NCBI GenBank assembly: GCA_001643675.2
Contig: LSRY02000022.1
Location: forward strand, 1,178,001 to 1,242,000
Length of the DNA stretch: 64,000 nt
Origin: Monocercomonoides exilis PA203
Lineage: Eukaryota; Protista; Preaxostyla
Direction of reading: 5' to 3'
This document shows, piece by piece, positions 50,614 to 64,000 of this stretch. The position numbers and the translations under genes are program-made. A model generated the notes under the pieces. It did no database searches. It saw nothing but the letters and a program-made list of their open reading frames with translations, and had not been told where the DNA came from. Each line of letters opens with the position of its first letter. Within the stretch, counting starts at the first letter, position 1.

Positions 50614-53600
50614 CTAACACTGTTTAGGCGATACAACGCCGCTGTGAGGGGACAAAGAATGAACGGTGAGCGATCTAACAGAAAAAGGCGAGCAGACAGA
50701 GAAAGTTGCGAAAGAGGAAGGAGAGCCGGGGGAGGACTGGGCAGCAGAAGAGTCATAGAGAGAAGAGCATTCGGTTGAATGGAGAGGAGCATTTGAAGTT
50801 GGGTGAGAAGAATTATTGTTTCTGGAATTGGGCACAGAAGGAACCAATGAAAGAGGAGAAGAAGGCAATGAGGAGGCAGATGGTACTTCTTCTGGCTTGC
50901 TGCTTTGAATGTTTATTTTGGGGAAGTTGGAAGAGGAAGAAGAAGAAGAATTTAAAGGAAAAGGCAAAGAAACAGATGAAGAAGCTTGTTTCTCATCATC
51001 CATATGAACCAATGGATCCACAACAGATGTGAGAAGAATATTGTTATTAACATTATGTCTGTCATAATCATCATCATCATCATCGCAATTTGAGATTTTA
51101 ATGTCACTTCCTTCTCCACTCACTCCATTCCCCTCTTCAGAAGATGAATGATTCAAGTGTGATGGTTCTTGGGTTGCATTTTCGAGCACAGAGGAAAAAG
51201 AGAAAGGAAGAAGAACAGGAGCAGAATGGGCAGGGGAGGAGTCTGACAAATGAAGATGGATGTCTGGAAGAGAGCGATCAACTGCTGCTGAAGAAGAAGA
51301 AGAAGAAGAAGAAGAAGAAGAAGAAGAAGAAGAAGAAGAAGAAGAAGAAGAAGAAGAAGGAGAGGAGGAAGAAGAAAATGCGAATTGAAGAGAAGGAGAT
51401 GATTTCTCCTGTTCAAATGAGAGTTTTTCATGTTCTGTTTGAAGATGTGTTGAACGAGAAGGATCAATCGATTCACTAGCCACTTCTTGTTCTGTTTTTG
51501 TGGATGTGAATGAAGATGCAAATGAAGATGCGATTGGCTGAGAAGAACATTCATTTGATTGAATGGGAACTTGAGGAAGTGTATCAGAAAGGATTGTGTG
51601 AGAAGATGGAGTGGAGAGAAGAGAAGAAGCTGATTGAAGAGAAGAATCAATGAGTTTGATGGGATTTGTGTATTGATCTGTAGTTGGTTGATTGGATTGA
51701 ACTGGAAGTGGAGAGATAGAAGAAGAAGAAGAAGAAGAACGAGAAGAAGAAGGAAAAGGAGAAGAAGAGGATGAAGTTGATGATGATGCAGAAGAAGAGG
51801 AAGAGGAAGAGGAAGAGGAAGAGGAAGAAGAAGAATTAGAAAAATCAGAAGAGAAAGGAGAAGTTTGATAGGCAGATGATGATTGAGCATATTGTGAAGG
51901 AGGAAGAAGAGAAGAAGTGCTGTGTGGAGTGAGGGGAAGAGCAGGAGAAGGCGAAATGGCAGAAAAAGGAGGAGAAGAGGCAGAGGAGAAGGGGAAGAGA
52001 GGAGAAGGATAAGCAGAAGAAGAGGAGAGAGAAACAGAAACAGAAACAGAAACAGAAGGGGAAGGAGAAGGGGAAGGGGAAGATAAATTTGAGGAGGAAG
52101 AGGAAGAGGAAGAGGAAGAAGAAGATGATGAAGGAGAAGGAGATGAATCGTAAGTGGCGACAGAAGACAGAGAAGCAGAGGATGGGTTGAATGACATCAT
52201 TGAAAGAGTAGCTCCGATTGTGACATGTGGTGGTGGTGGAGGAGGAGGAGGATGAAGATGAATGGAGTTTTGTGTCTGTTTGTTTGGCACTTTGTGAAGT
52301 TGAGTCAACATCCGGGTGAATTCACTGGCTTTGCTGCTTGTTGATGCATTTGGGAATTTGTTGGTTGATGAGGAGGAGGAAGAGGAAGAGGAAGAAGTTG
52401 AAGATGATGATGTTTTGTTGAAGTTTGCATTGTTTTGAGTGAAAGAAGAAGAAGATGTTGCTGTTGAAATGTCTTCTTTCTCGTCTTTCACATTCAACAC
52501 CTCCATATTCTTCTCTTTCTTCTCTTTCCCCTTCCCTTTCTCTCCTTTCTTCCCCTTCATCCCCTTCCCTTTCTTCTTCTTCTTCTTCTTCTTCTTTATT
52601 GCCCTGCACATCTTCCTCAATGGCTCCACGCCTGCCAGTTTTGCCACCAAGCACTGTGCAGACAAGTCAATATGCATTTCATTATTCACTTTTTGCTCTT
52701 CCTCTTCCATTTGCCTTGAGACAGCTGATGCAATCACAGAGGGCGAGTCAAGTGGATCATTAAGAGAAGAATGAGTGAAGGAGGTGTTAGTGATATGTGA
52801 GGCATCATCAGTTGTGGTGAATGGATAAGATGTTGTTTGAGAAGAAATGTTACTTGTGACTCTGTTTTTGGCTGGTGTGGATGGCATTGCTTTCTTTTTA
52901 GCTGCTTTTGAGGAAGAAGAAGAAGATGAAGAAAAAGAATAAGAGAAAATCTTCTTCTTCTTTTTATTTCCACTTTTAGATAACTTTCCCTTTTCTTCTT
53001 CTTCTTCTTTCTCCTTCTCCTTCTTCCTCTGCTCCTCCTGTGCTTCTGCCAGCAGCAGAGGAAGGGCAGAGGCAGAAGGGACAAATCCGATGTGCATGTT
53101 CTCTTTGTGCTGGGCAGTCATCAGCGCATTGTACAGCGCTGTTGCTCTGCCTCGCTGGAGTGGATGAGACAAAGATGTGAGAGGAGGAATTGCTTCTTCT
53201 TCTTCTTCTTCTTCATAATCTTCTTCTTCAATGTAATCTTCTTCTTCATCTTTATCATCATTTTCTTCTTCTCCTTCGTCTTCGACTTCTTCTTCTGAAA
53301 TGTTGTTTTCTTTTGCTTTGTGTTTGGATTTCTTCTTGCTCTTGCTGTTATCTGCATTCTTAGTTGTTTTATTGTTTTTTGAAAAACTTCCTTTTTTCTT
53401 CCTTTCTTCTTCTTCTTCTTCTTCTTCTTCAAAATCAGTTTCTTTCACTCTGTTATTGACATCTCCAGACAATGCAACAGAACCCTTCTCATCCTGTTTT
53501 TTCCTCCTTGTGAATACATATTCATCCATTGCACCTTCTTCTTCTTCTTCTTCCTCTTCCTCCTCTTCTGTTTCCTCTTCTTCTTCTTCCTCCTCCTCCT

Positions 53601-56600
53601 CCTCTTCTTCTTCCTCCTCTTCCATCTCCATTTCCATCTCCATCTCCCCTATTCCATCCTCCAGCAGCTCTTCTCCTTCCACCAGCACAATACCCTCTCT
53701 GTCAAACCCCCTGTCATCCACACCCAATGGCATGTCTTTTGAATAACTTCCTATTTGCGACTGCTCGTTCTGTGAGGACAGGGAAAGAGGGGTGGATTCA
53801 GCGGATTCTGATGATTGAGCTGAAAAGGGAGAAACAAAAAGATCAGAAGCTGGCGAAGAAGAAGTGGCAGATGCTGCTTTCGATGATGATGAAGAAGAAG
53901 CTAAAGAAGAAGGCAAAGAAGCTAAATTTCCATTGTCATTTGAAGTGATTGAGGAAGAAGAAGAAGAAGATGATGATGACGATGATGAAGGAGTCACAAA
54001 TAGCTGTCTTGGACCAACTGTTATGACAGACGTGTCAGAAACAGGTGATTGTGGTGAATAAGACGAGAACGAGGCAAAAGAAGAAAGTGAGTCCGGAGAA
54101 ATAGCAGGGTGCGGAGAAATAGCGGGGGAACAAAGAGAAGAAGAAGGAGAAGAAGAAGAGGAGGAAGAGGAAGAGGAAGAGGAAGAAGAAGGAAAAGACG
54201 GATCAGCTATGAGGGTAGTGGAAGAATTGAGGGGAAGCGAAGAAGGAATGGCAGAAGGGACGCGACAAGAGAGAAGAGCAGACTGAGCAGAGGAAGAATG
54301 GCGTGTGTGGTGGATGGGGTGGAGTGTGTTGTTGAGTGGGTTGTATGAATTATCTGACTGAAGTGGTTGGATTTGAGGTTGGAGGGAGGAAATGGGTGAG
54401 AGAGAGGAAGAGGAAGAGGAAGAGGAAGAGGAAGAAGAGGAAGAAGAGGAGGAAGAGGAGGAAGAGGAGGAAGAGGAGGAAGGAGAAGGAGAAAATGAAG
54501 AGGAAGATGTTGATGATGTTGAGATGATTGTGACTGGAAGAGGAGAATGAGAAGAAGAAGAAGAAGAAGAAGATGATGATGATGATGATGAAGGCAATGA
54601 AGAAAAAGGCAATGAAGATGAATTGTTTGTGTTGTAAGCTAAAGGCTGGGAGTTTAAGAGATAAGAAGAAGGAAGAAGAGGAGGAGTGGAGAGAGGGCAG
54701 ACAGACAGGCGACGAGAATTGCGAGGTGGATTCATTGAAGAAGAGGAAGAGGAAGAGGAAGAAGAAGAAGAAGGTTCAGGATAAGGAAGCATGATGTGAT
54801 AGTTATTGTTCGATGACTGGAGTGGATTAGAAGAAGAAGAAGAAGAAGAAAAGACAGAAGGGTGTTTTGAAGAAGCAACCGAAATGATGCTGTTGTCTGA
54901 TTCATTTGAAGAAGGAGAAGAAATAACATCAAATGAATTGGGAGGACAAGAAGAAGAAGAGGAAGAAGAATGAAATGTTGATGAAGGATTATAAGAAGAA
55001 GAGGAAGGCAATGAAGAAGATAAAGAAGAAGAAGGATAAAAAGGATTAGAAGAAGAAGAAGAAGAAGGAAACGTTGATAAATCCTGTTGATTAGCATTGC
55101 TTATTGCGCAGTCCATCCAAACAGAAGTTCTGTGAGGAATAACTGGCTGAGGGGAGAAGACAGGAAGTTGTGAGGAATCAGACGGATATGAAGAGGAAGA
55201 GGAAAGAGAAGAAGAAGAAGAGGAAGGAAAGGAAGGAGAAGGAGAAGAAGAAGAGGTTGAGGTAGAGAAAGAAGAAATAAATGATGATGATGATGAATTG
55301 GTGGGTGTGATAGAGAAAAAGGAAGGAACGGAAGAAGAAGAAGAAGAAGAAGGATAAGAAGGATCAATGGGATTAGCAGACAATGTGGATGAATAAGAAG
55401 AAGCAAAATGAAATGAAGAAGGAAACAAAGCAGATGTTTGTGAGTTGGAAGATGATGTGATAAAAGAAGAAGAAGAAGATGGAGAAGGTGAAAACGATGC
55501 AGTGGCTGTTATGTTTTGATTATTTTGAATCCAATCATGTTGTTCATTCTCTTTTGCCTTGTTATCCATTTTATTTGTTTTTTCTTTTTGATGTGGATGC
55601 AATTGAAGAAGAGGGTGTGGTTGATGATGTAGATGCTGATGCTGATGATGGAGTGAAGAAACAGGAGAATTCAAAGAAGGAGAAAAGCAGATGACAATTT
55701 GTGACTGGAAGGGAGGGTTGGACGAGGTGAGGAGACACAAAGAGGAAAGATTAGAAGAAGAAAGAGAAGAAGGAGAAGAAGAGGAAGAAGAGAAAGGGGG
55801 TGAAAAAGAGGAAGAATTTGCTGAAACTGAAGAATTTGAAGAAGAAAGGAAAGAAGAAGCATGTGTTTTAGTCAAAGGTTTTGTAGAAAGAGAAGAAAAA
55901 GCGTTGTTTTGAGTGGGGAATTGAGATTTCATAGAAAAAGGGGGAATAAAAGAGGGGTGTTTGGATGGAAGAAAAGAAGATGTTGGAGTTGATTGCGATG
56001 CAGTCACTGAAGAAAAAGGAGAAATGGAAGAAGAAGAAGAAGAAGAAGAAGAAGAAGATGGCTTTGTTTTCATTGTATTTGTAATTTTCTCTTTCTCTCT
56101 CTCCTTCTCCTTCTCCTCCAAATTTATTGTCTGCTTTATCGAATTCGCCACAAAGTTCGTCGTCGCACATATCTTCAGCCTCCAGTCAGCCAACCACCTT
56201 TCAAACAGAGCCAGTTCTTCTCTTTCACTCAGCTTATGCCCCTCCTCCTCTTCCTCCCCCTCCTCCTCTGCTTCTTCTATTCTTCTATCTAATTCTTCTT
56301 CCCAGTCACTTTCCAATGAAGCCATCATCCCTCTGATGTCTTCTGCACTGTTGATTTCTTCTTTCTCTTTTTTTGCCTCATTCTTCATTGAATTCTCTCC
56401 ATTTTCTGGCTTTTTTGACACAGAAATGCTTCCAACAGAAGGCGAACACGTTTCAGATAAGTTTTCTCCATTCACCTTTTCCTTCATCATCATCTTCTTC
56501 TTCTCCTTCTCCTTTTTAATCTTTTTTTTCTCCTTCCCCTTCTTCTTCTTCTTCTTCTTAGCAGTCCCCACTTCCCTCTCCCACAGCCAAGGGTGCTGCA

Positions 56601-58355
56601 TTGCCTCGAAAGAGGAGAGGCGCTGAGAAGAAGAGCGGCAGATGAGAGAAAGAAGGAAGTGCTGCAGTTGGAGGGGGATGGAAGGGAACCTGGAAGAGGA
56701 GGAGGTGGATGAGGAAGAAGATGGCGATAAAGAAGAAGAAGAAGCAGAAGCAGAAGAAGAAGAATGAGGTGAAGGCGAAAGAGAAGGTGTGTTGAATCCC
56801 AACGGCTGGTGGAGGATCTTGTCGTAAAGAGAGCGAGTGGAGTGGGAGATGAATGGAAGGATTCCACACACACACAAATAGAGCGAGACACCAACAGACC
56901 ACATGTCTGCTTTGTAGCCATTGAAGGAGTCGATGGCGTCTTCATTGTACAGACAGGAGGGGGGAAAGGAAGGGGAGAAGGAAGAGGAAGAAGACGAGGA
57001 GGAGGAAGAAGAGGAAGGTGCATTGCAAAGAGAAAGAAGAGAGAAACAGGAGCAAGTTGAATAACACGAGTGGATGGAGGAGCAAGCTACACCAGGAGTT
57101 GAAGATGGGTTTGAAGAAGAAGAAGATGAAGAAGAAGAAGAAGGTGCAGATGATGATGATGATGATAGCGATGTGGAACAAGAAGAAGAATAGGGGTTAA
57201 CAGAGCAAGGGGTGCAGGAAGGGGAGAAGAAGCACCCATCCTTTGCAGAGGCAGCGGGGGCAGTGATTGGCAGGGCAGAGGGAGAGATGAAGGAGTCGTC
57301 GTGGTCATCTGCCAGGCGTCTGAGGGTGATGATCTCTTCAGGCGACACAAAGGCAGCAGTGCCCTGTGTCTGGAGCAGCTTGGCGGTGGAGGAGGAGGTG
57401 TGGAGGGAGAGGGAGGAGGAAGAGGAAGAGGAGGGAAGGGAAGAGGAAGAAGATGAAGAGGAGGATGATGCAGAAGTTGTTGGTGGTGCGCTTCCACTTG
57501 TCACCGGATACAATGCAGGAAAATCAGCTGAGGAAACGTCGTCTAATTCAACGGCAGATCCAAAATCAGCCAGCATCGCATGTCCATCGGCAGTCAAAAG
57601 AATGTTTTCTGGTTTGATGTCTCGATGCACAATGTGGTGTGAGTGCACATGATGAACTGCTGAGAGTATCTCCCGAAACCAAATGCGGCACACTTCTGGA
57701 GGGAATGGCTCAATCTTTGTCTGCTGCCCGACAAGAGGTCCTCCTTCACAGAGAGTTAGAATTAAATACAGCTTTGGATGAGATCCATTGGAAATGACTT
57801 CATGAAGGCGAACAATGTTTGGATGATGAAGAAGTCTCATAATCCGAATTTCATGATTCAACCGATCCATTCTTGTTTGACTTCTGTTTAACGAACGAGA
57901 CAACAATGTCTTTTTCAGTATTTTCATTGCCTAAAAATTTTGCAAAAAATCTATTTAATATTCAAAAAAATGATAATTTTTGAGCAAACAAATCGCTTTC
58001 CAGTTTGAGAATCTTCACATATAACAACTTTCCCAAAAGCACCTCTTCCTATTATTCTTTTTATAATATAATTGTTTACTATTTTCATTCCATTTTGAAG
58101 AAAGCGAATTGAAATTGAATGTGATTCCTTTGTATCTAACTGTCGAAGAACAGGATGAAATGGTTGTTTGGGTTCTGGTAAAAGTTCTATTGTCAACTGC
58201 TTACTCGAGTCTGTTGGTTGATTTTTGTGAAATCTGTGAAGTCTCAAGAAAAATCTCCTTTTTCGTTGGCGAAACAAACTATTATCTTGTGTATGAAGTG
58301 TTTCATCTTGAACGTCCTGGGTTTTTTGAAATCTCTTATCAAAAATTATACCCAT
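50614..58355 (-). CDS. CaMKK/SAK1-like Ser/Thr protein kinase with large Ser-rich insertions and tail
   Basis: Exon 58355-57990 (VNNY..IGRGAFGKV), intron 57989-57931, then AMK, EI.IM..L.HPNIV.L.EVI, HRDIKPENILL, ADFG, GTAAFVSPE, DMWSVGV, HPWL. Confidence 0.85.
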
Positions 58356-58605
58356 GAAATTGATGCAGTTGAGCTTGCATCAAAATAAAACTTCACAAAT
58401 AACATTCGTAAACCCAATTCTCAAAGACACAGATGTGCAGGAATCCTAAGAATATCAAAAATGCAAAACAACAAATTGAAATTATCAATCTTTCAAATCA
58501 TGTGAAATTGTATTTATTCATAAAACAAAAATCGAATTTTTTATTGATCAATTTCCCCTAATAATAATTTCTTGTATATCTTTTGCAGTTTAAATTGTGT
58601 TTTCC

Positions 58606-61600
58606 ATGACAAAGAGATTTACAAGGCCTAATCGTGGCTCCAAAATTCAGATGCTTTTGGAGGATGAAACCATTGAGCAGGGTGATTTTTGGGCATCTGA
58701 TGAAGTTAAGGAGATCTTTCAAAATGATGACGATGACGAACTTTTTGAGGCTCAGGGTATGTCAGACTTTCGTTCGAACATAATTGACAGCTCCTAATTT
58801 TTACTAAACGTTTTCTTAATTTTTAGATGAGGAGGATATTGTTGACTCAGATTTTGATATTGACGAAGAATCAGAGAATGTTGACGAGGAAGACAAAGTT
58901 CGGAAAGAAGAGAGAAGAGAGAAAATCGTATGTAAAAAATTGGATTATGCATTTTCATATATTTTATTTATTTATTCCAGAATGAGTCAAAGAAAAAGAG
59001 AGCTTATATTGATCCAGCAAAGCAAAAAAAACAAGCTCAACATCAAACAAAGAGTAAAACCCAAACAGAATCATCGGCAGAAGACAATTCCGTAAAAATA
59101 ATTGAGGAAGAAACCACAGCACATCCACGGAAGGTGGAACCTCCTCCAAGGCGCCAATCATCTCAACGAAAGTCTGTCCTTCGAGCCACTGAAGCAATTC
59201 AACGCACCGTCAATGAACTGTGCCACACAAACAAGCCAAGGCAACGCATGAAGAGAGAGAAACCAGATTATGTCCCGATGACCCAGGAAGAGATGCTGGA
59301 GGAAGCAAAAGAGACTGAAAGGCGGAACAGAGAAAGTCTCAATGAGCAGCTGAAATTGGAAGATGAGAAGAAGAAGACTTCAGTTGTGAAAAAATCGTTT
59401 GACACTTCTTTTCCATTTTATTGGGTTTTGAATTATTAAAAATATTTTTTTTTTTAAATTCGATTTTTTTTTTCATTGTTGAATGTTCAATGTGATTGCT
59501 TTTTCAATCAGAATTGAAGGGCCGTTGATCAGAAGCCTGTCAACACTGCTGCCTGTTGACTATTCATCGTATCCACCACAGTCACTCTTCGACAGCGAAG
59601 ACCAAGAATTCATCAATCCAAATGCCACACAAACATCATCATCATCATCTTCTCCTTCTTCTTCTTCATCTTCTTCTCCATCGTCCTCTCCTTCTTTTTC
59701 TCCTTCTGTTTCGTCATCGTCATCGTCATCATCTTCTTCGTTCACCCCGTTTTCTCCATCTCCTATGCCATCGCCATTTCTCTCTTCTCCTGTTGATTTT
59801 TATTCTGATTCAGAAAACTCTGCTTCTTCTTCTTCTTCTTCTTCATTTGTCTTTTTCACAGCACTACCAAAATGGATGTCATCTCATTGGATTCATTCCT
59901 CTTCACTTCAAAAACACTTTCAATCAACTTCTTTCTCATCATCATCATCATCATCATCATCGTCATCTTCTTCTTCCCCTTCTTTCTCCCCTGCTTCTTC
60001 TTCTTCTCCTTTCTCTTCTCTTCCTTATTATTCTTCCTCTCCCTCGCTCCAGTCCCTTCTTCCGCCAAATGCAACACCGTCCCCTCAGCATTCTCTTTCT
60101 GACTCTCCTTTCTCTTCCTCTCCTTCTCCTGCCCAGCCAAACAAGAGCCCTTCCTCCCTCTCCTTCGCTGACACTGCCTGTTTGTCTGCCATTCAGCCAC
60201 TCCAATTGCAACCTCGCCCCAATCACAACACCAAATTGAGATGTCTCGTTACAGGAAAGCCTGCCTCATTTGTGGATCCAATCACTTTTCTTCCCTTTGC
60301 CTCTCTTTCTGCCTTTCAGACACTGCGAGCTCTGCCCCTCTCAGCGATTGGGAGATTAATGGCGGTGATGATGGGGAAAGAAGGGGAGTGGAAAGAAGAG
60401 GAGGCGAAGAGGAAAGCGAGGAGAAGGAGAAGGGCAACGACAAATGCAGCGTCAGATTATGTGTTTGACTTGCCATTCAAAACGAGTGAGAGTAAAAGCT
60501 ACAGAGAGAAAAACGAGAGTGTGGATGAGTTTGCTTATGTGAAGAAAGAAGAGCTGGCAAAAGGGGGAGATGTGAAAGCAGAGAGAATGCTGATTGGGAT
60601 GAGGGATGGATTGGAAGATGTGGATGTGAGCAAAGTGAATGGGGCTGTTGCTGATGAGGATGTGTTGGATGACGATGATGAGAACTATGAAATAGAAGAA
60701 GAGGAAGAGAAAGGAGAGAGAGAAAGAGAAGGAAGAGAAGGAAGTGAGGGAAAACAAGGATTTATTCCTGCTTTTGCTAAGCACATTCGAAAAGTGCTGT
60801 GTCAACTGAAGCAGATGAGAAAAGAAGCGAAAGCACAAACAGAGAAGAAGTTTAAACATAACCTTGAAGAAGCAGAAGCAGAAGCAGAAGAGGCAGAAAA
60901 CGAAGAGATGAGCATTTCATTCCCATCAGAAGTTGATTTGTGCATTGACATCCACAACAACAAGCCAATGCGAAGGCATCTTGTTCAGCCATTGCCAACT
61001 GCTAAGCAGAACAAGCAAGTCAAACAAGAATCATTATCTCAATCGTTTGATGCTCCAAAGGAGAAGAAAGTGGCAGTGAAGAGAGAGGCAGAAGAGGCAG
61101 GGCAGATGAAGAGGAAGAGGAGGAAGAGGGACGGACCGGGTGTCAGAACGAAAGAGGAGCTGAGGCAAACACAGAGGATTGTGAATGATTCTAATGCAAT
61201 TGCATCAGCTGCACAGCAAATGCCTTCTTCTTCTTCTTCTCCATCATCGTCATCTCCTTCTCCCTCTCCCTCTCCTTCTTCCATTTCTCCATCTCCCTCT
61301 CCATCTCCCTCTCCCTCAGAAAGCGAAGCACCCATCAAAATCTCCGAAGTTCGCACTAATTCTGGCTCAAAAATTCTGAAGTATCCAACACAAACACAAT
61401 CCCTTCTGAACTCAACAGCTTCTTCTCTGTCTTATTACAAGCCCAATTCATCCGGCATGTCCTATTCGCAGTTTCCTTCGCTCTCTCAGCCATTCAATTC
61501 TCAGCTGCCTCGCACACAGATGGCGAAGATGAATATGAATATACAAACAGCTCAATCACAAACACATTCACAAACACAGTCAAATTTACATTCACAATCA

Positions 61601-61927
61601 CATTTTCCATCACAAACAGAGAAACAACCTCATCTGGACTCATTGGCCTCTATCCAATCCACCATCCGCTCCTTCCAGCGCAACCATATTTCTCCTCTTT
61701 CGATCTCCTCTTTGGCCACTTATCATTCCTCAACTCAAAGATCAGCTTCTTCTTCTTCTTCTTCTGCTTCTTCTCTCACTTCTTTTCAGACTGGACAGCA
61801 TTCACAGCATCCTCAGTCATTCCACCAGCTCCCACTGCGCTTCATGTCCCCATCACCAATTTCTGATCTGCATCCGAATTATCAGATGAATGCCATTCAT
61901 TACCCGACTCAGAACCCGCCTCGTTGA
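58606..61927 (+). CDS. VPS72: VPS72/YL1 (SWR1 complex H2A.Z chaperone), 4 exons
   Basis: R.NRGSKI..LL, DIVDSDFDIDE, TQEEMLEEAKETE..N.ESL and YL1_C CLVTGKPASFVDPIT..PF....AF..LR. Confidence 0.88.
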
Positions 61928-62329
61928 TGTGGAAATATGGTGAAATGGATGAATTTATTTTTTTTTTTATTATTTTAATTTTTTATTTAATTTTGTAATG
62001 TTTGAAAGAGAAAAATCATAATATTTGCGTTATAAGAAATGCTGCTCACTTCATGTATCACTTCATAATGAATTTTTGTTTGCATTATTCATCGATTTGA
62101 AAATTAACAAAAAGGTTTAAAAATTGAATCATTAAATTAAAAATTACGCTTTTTGCACAAGAGAAATTAGAATGTATCATTTTTATTATTAAAGGACAAA
62201 AAAGGAATTCTATTGTACATCTCTTTATTTTTCCAATCCAAACACAAATCGCGGCATGAAAAAATCCACCCTTAATATCTCAATCGAAAAGGGAAAAAAC
62301 AAATAGCAGTTATTCAAGGCGGAGATTAA

Positions 62330-64000
62330 ATGGACAATGGAGCCCCTCTTAATTTTGGAGATTTAATATCAGTTCGATACTCCGAAGAAACAAATCATTC
62401 ACTTCTTTCTATTGCCCATGGATGCTCTGCAATGTTTTTTCAAAATGATGGTATTCGTCTTAATAAAAGATATCATTTAACACATTTATAATTTTTCAAT
62501 ATACTTTTATTTGTTCTATAGATTCATTATTTCCTGCATCTGATTTGTTTCGATATTTCGGACAAAATGTGTGGGAAATTGTATCTGCTTCAAATGCTTC
62601 AACTACAAACACAAATGACACAAATTTCACAGTTCATTACGGCACAGTTTGCAATTGAGACTATTTTATGACACATTAATATTTGAAATTCTTAATATTT
62701 AATGTTTAAAAACAGACTATAAGTTTAAGGTCTTTTTACGAGAAAAAATATTTAGGAATGAAGAAAGGCGACTTTGGAGGAGAAATTACTGTGAGTCAAT
62801 CACAAGATTTTGCATATTTTATTATATTGCCTGCGTCATCTTCCAAAGAAATAGGTTTGTGAATTTTTGTTAAGAAATATTTTAATGAATTCTGTGTCTG
62901 TTTAACTTTTCAGGTGATCCTGTGAATACGGGAGATACGATTTATTTAATAAATACTCTTCTTAATTTATATTTTTGTATTGATCCCAATCATGGTCTTG
63001 GAGAATCCGTTAAAAGAAATTCAGACCATGAACAGCCTTTGTGGGAAGAAAGATACGTTCCTCTTCAATGTACGACTATTGTCGTTTTAATAACTAAAAT
63101 TATTATCGCTATTTATTTTATTTTATTTTATTTTATTTATTTTAAATATTTTTTATAGGCACACCTGACAAAACCCCTTGGATAATCCAGCGATTTGGCA
63201 GCAGCTTTGCTGATCAGATATTTCTTCATGTTGTGGCAACAGAAATATTACCCTCAACACACAACCAAAGAAACAGGCAGATAACTTCCGATCCAATTTC
63301 TGACAATGCCATCGCCAAACCCGAAGCTAGTGATGTAACTGAACTCACAAACAACAACACGGAAGATGCCACTGACAAAAGCGACTCTTCCATTTCAACA
63401 GACCAACTTTCCTTGCCTTCTGAACATAACATCTCCAGCAGCCGTCTTCCACACCGAAGGCTGTCTCGTGAGCCGATCTCATCCAAGTTCCTCTTCACAT
63501 ACTGCATCATCCGCTTGGAGCGTATTTCTGCTGGGGCGATTTTGTCTGCCTCTCATTCGCCTGTGTTTAATGTCATCCTCCCTCCCTTTGTGGCTCCTTA
63601 TTGTGCAAGTGATTACGTCCCTCCTTCTTCTCAACCTTCTTCTTCTTCTTCTTCTTCTTCTAATCAGAAGCAGCAAAGACTTCAAAAGAGAGCTTCTTAT
63701 CATTCTTCTTCTTCTTCTTCTCCCTCTCCTTCTCCTCCTTCTTTCACAAATCACCAAACTTCTTCCTCTTCTTCCTCTTTTTCCTCTTCTTCCTCTTCCT
63801 CATCCAAAGACCAATCACACAAACAACCCCTTTCCCTTCCTCCACACTCATCTAAACCATCAGTCAAGACACCCCCCGAGAACAAAGGAGCATTCAAAAG
63901 GAGAGTGAGGAAGATGCTGATGCTTATGCGGTGTGTCAGGCAGGTGGGGAAGACAGCGATGCAGCAGAGAATGACAAAGCAGATTGTCACTCAGAAGAAG
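62330..64000 (+). CDS. IP3-receptor/ryanodine-receptor-like protein, N-terminal beta-trefoil; runs off the window end
   Basis: Phase-consistent exons 62330-62450, 62522-62646, 62716-62854, 62914-63069 and 63159-end. LNFGDLISV, VHYGTTISL...KKYL, YFIILP..SKEIGDPVNTGDTIYL and PWIIQRF parallel IP3R suppressor-domain motifs. Confidence 0.65.

Noticed and set aside
50706-61379. Poly-K/L/R/E ORFs overlapping the kinase and VPS72
   Set aside because: Alternative-frame or antisense readings of GAA/TCT microsatellite-like coding tracts.
1-64000. CRISPR arrays, rRNA or tRNA genes
   Set aside because: No repeat-spacer array or recognisable structural RNA was seen by eye; tRNAscan-SE/Infernal would be needed to exclude them.

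Overview
Eukaryotic, AT-rich, intron-rich genomic DNA using the standard code (well-defined genes end in TAA, TAG and TGA). Short GT(T/A)TG..AG introns, Ser/Glu low-complexity proteins and the gene families suggest an oxymonad such as Monocercomonoides (inference). Housekeeping genes: an amino-acid transporter, a hidden 4-exon AGTRAP-like gene, RPS11, VPS26C, a CaMKK-like kinase, VPS72/YL1 and the 5' end of an IP3-receptor-like gene. The accessory part holds four things. (i) A ~6.05-kb hAT transposon (8567-14619) with TIRs, an apparent 9-bp TSD, an intact spliced transposase and a captured host pseudokinase-tail fragment. (ii) A structurally complete DIRS1-type retrotransposon (23893-28468) with ITRs, an ICR and an AAT junction, inserted in a host-family gene; its recombinase is locally damaged. 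(iii) Two nested TE clusters with a pogo-like element, two MITE families and a shared dispersed repeat. (iv) A ~12.3-kb beta-helix-repeat receptor-pseudokinase gene broken by one in-frame TGA. Three forms of this receptor family occur in the window (full, ectodomain-only, transposon-borne tail-only); this is the best candidate for an undescribed system. All calls were made by eye, without database searches.
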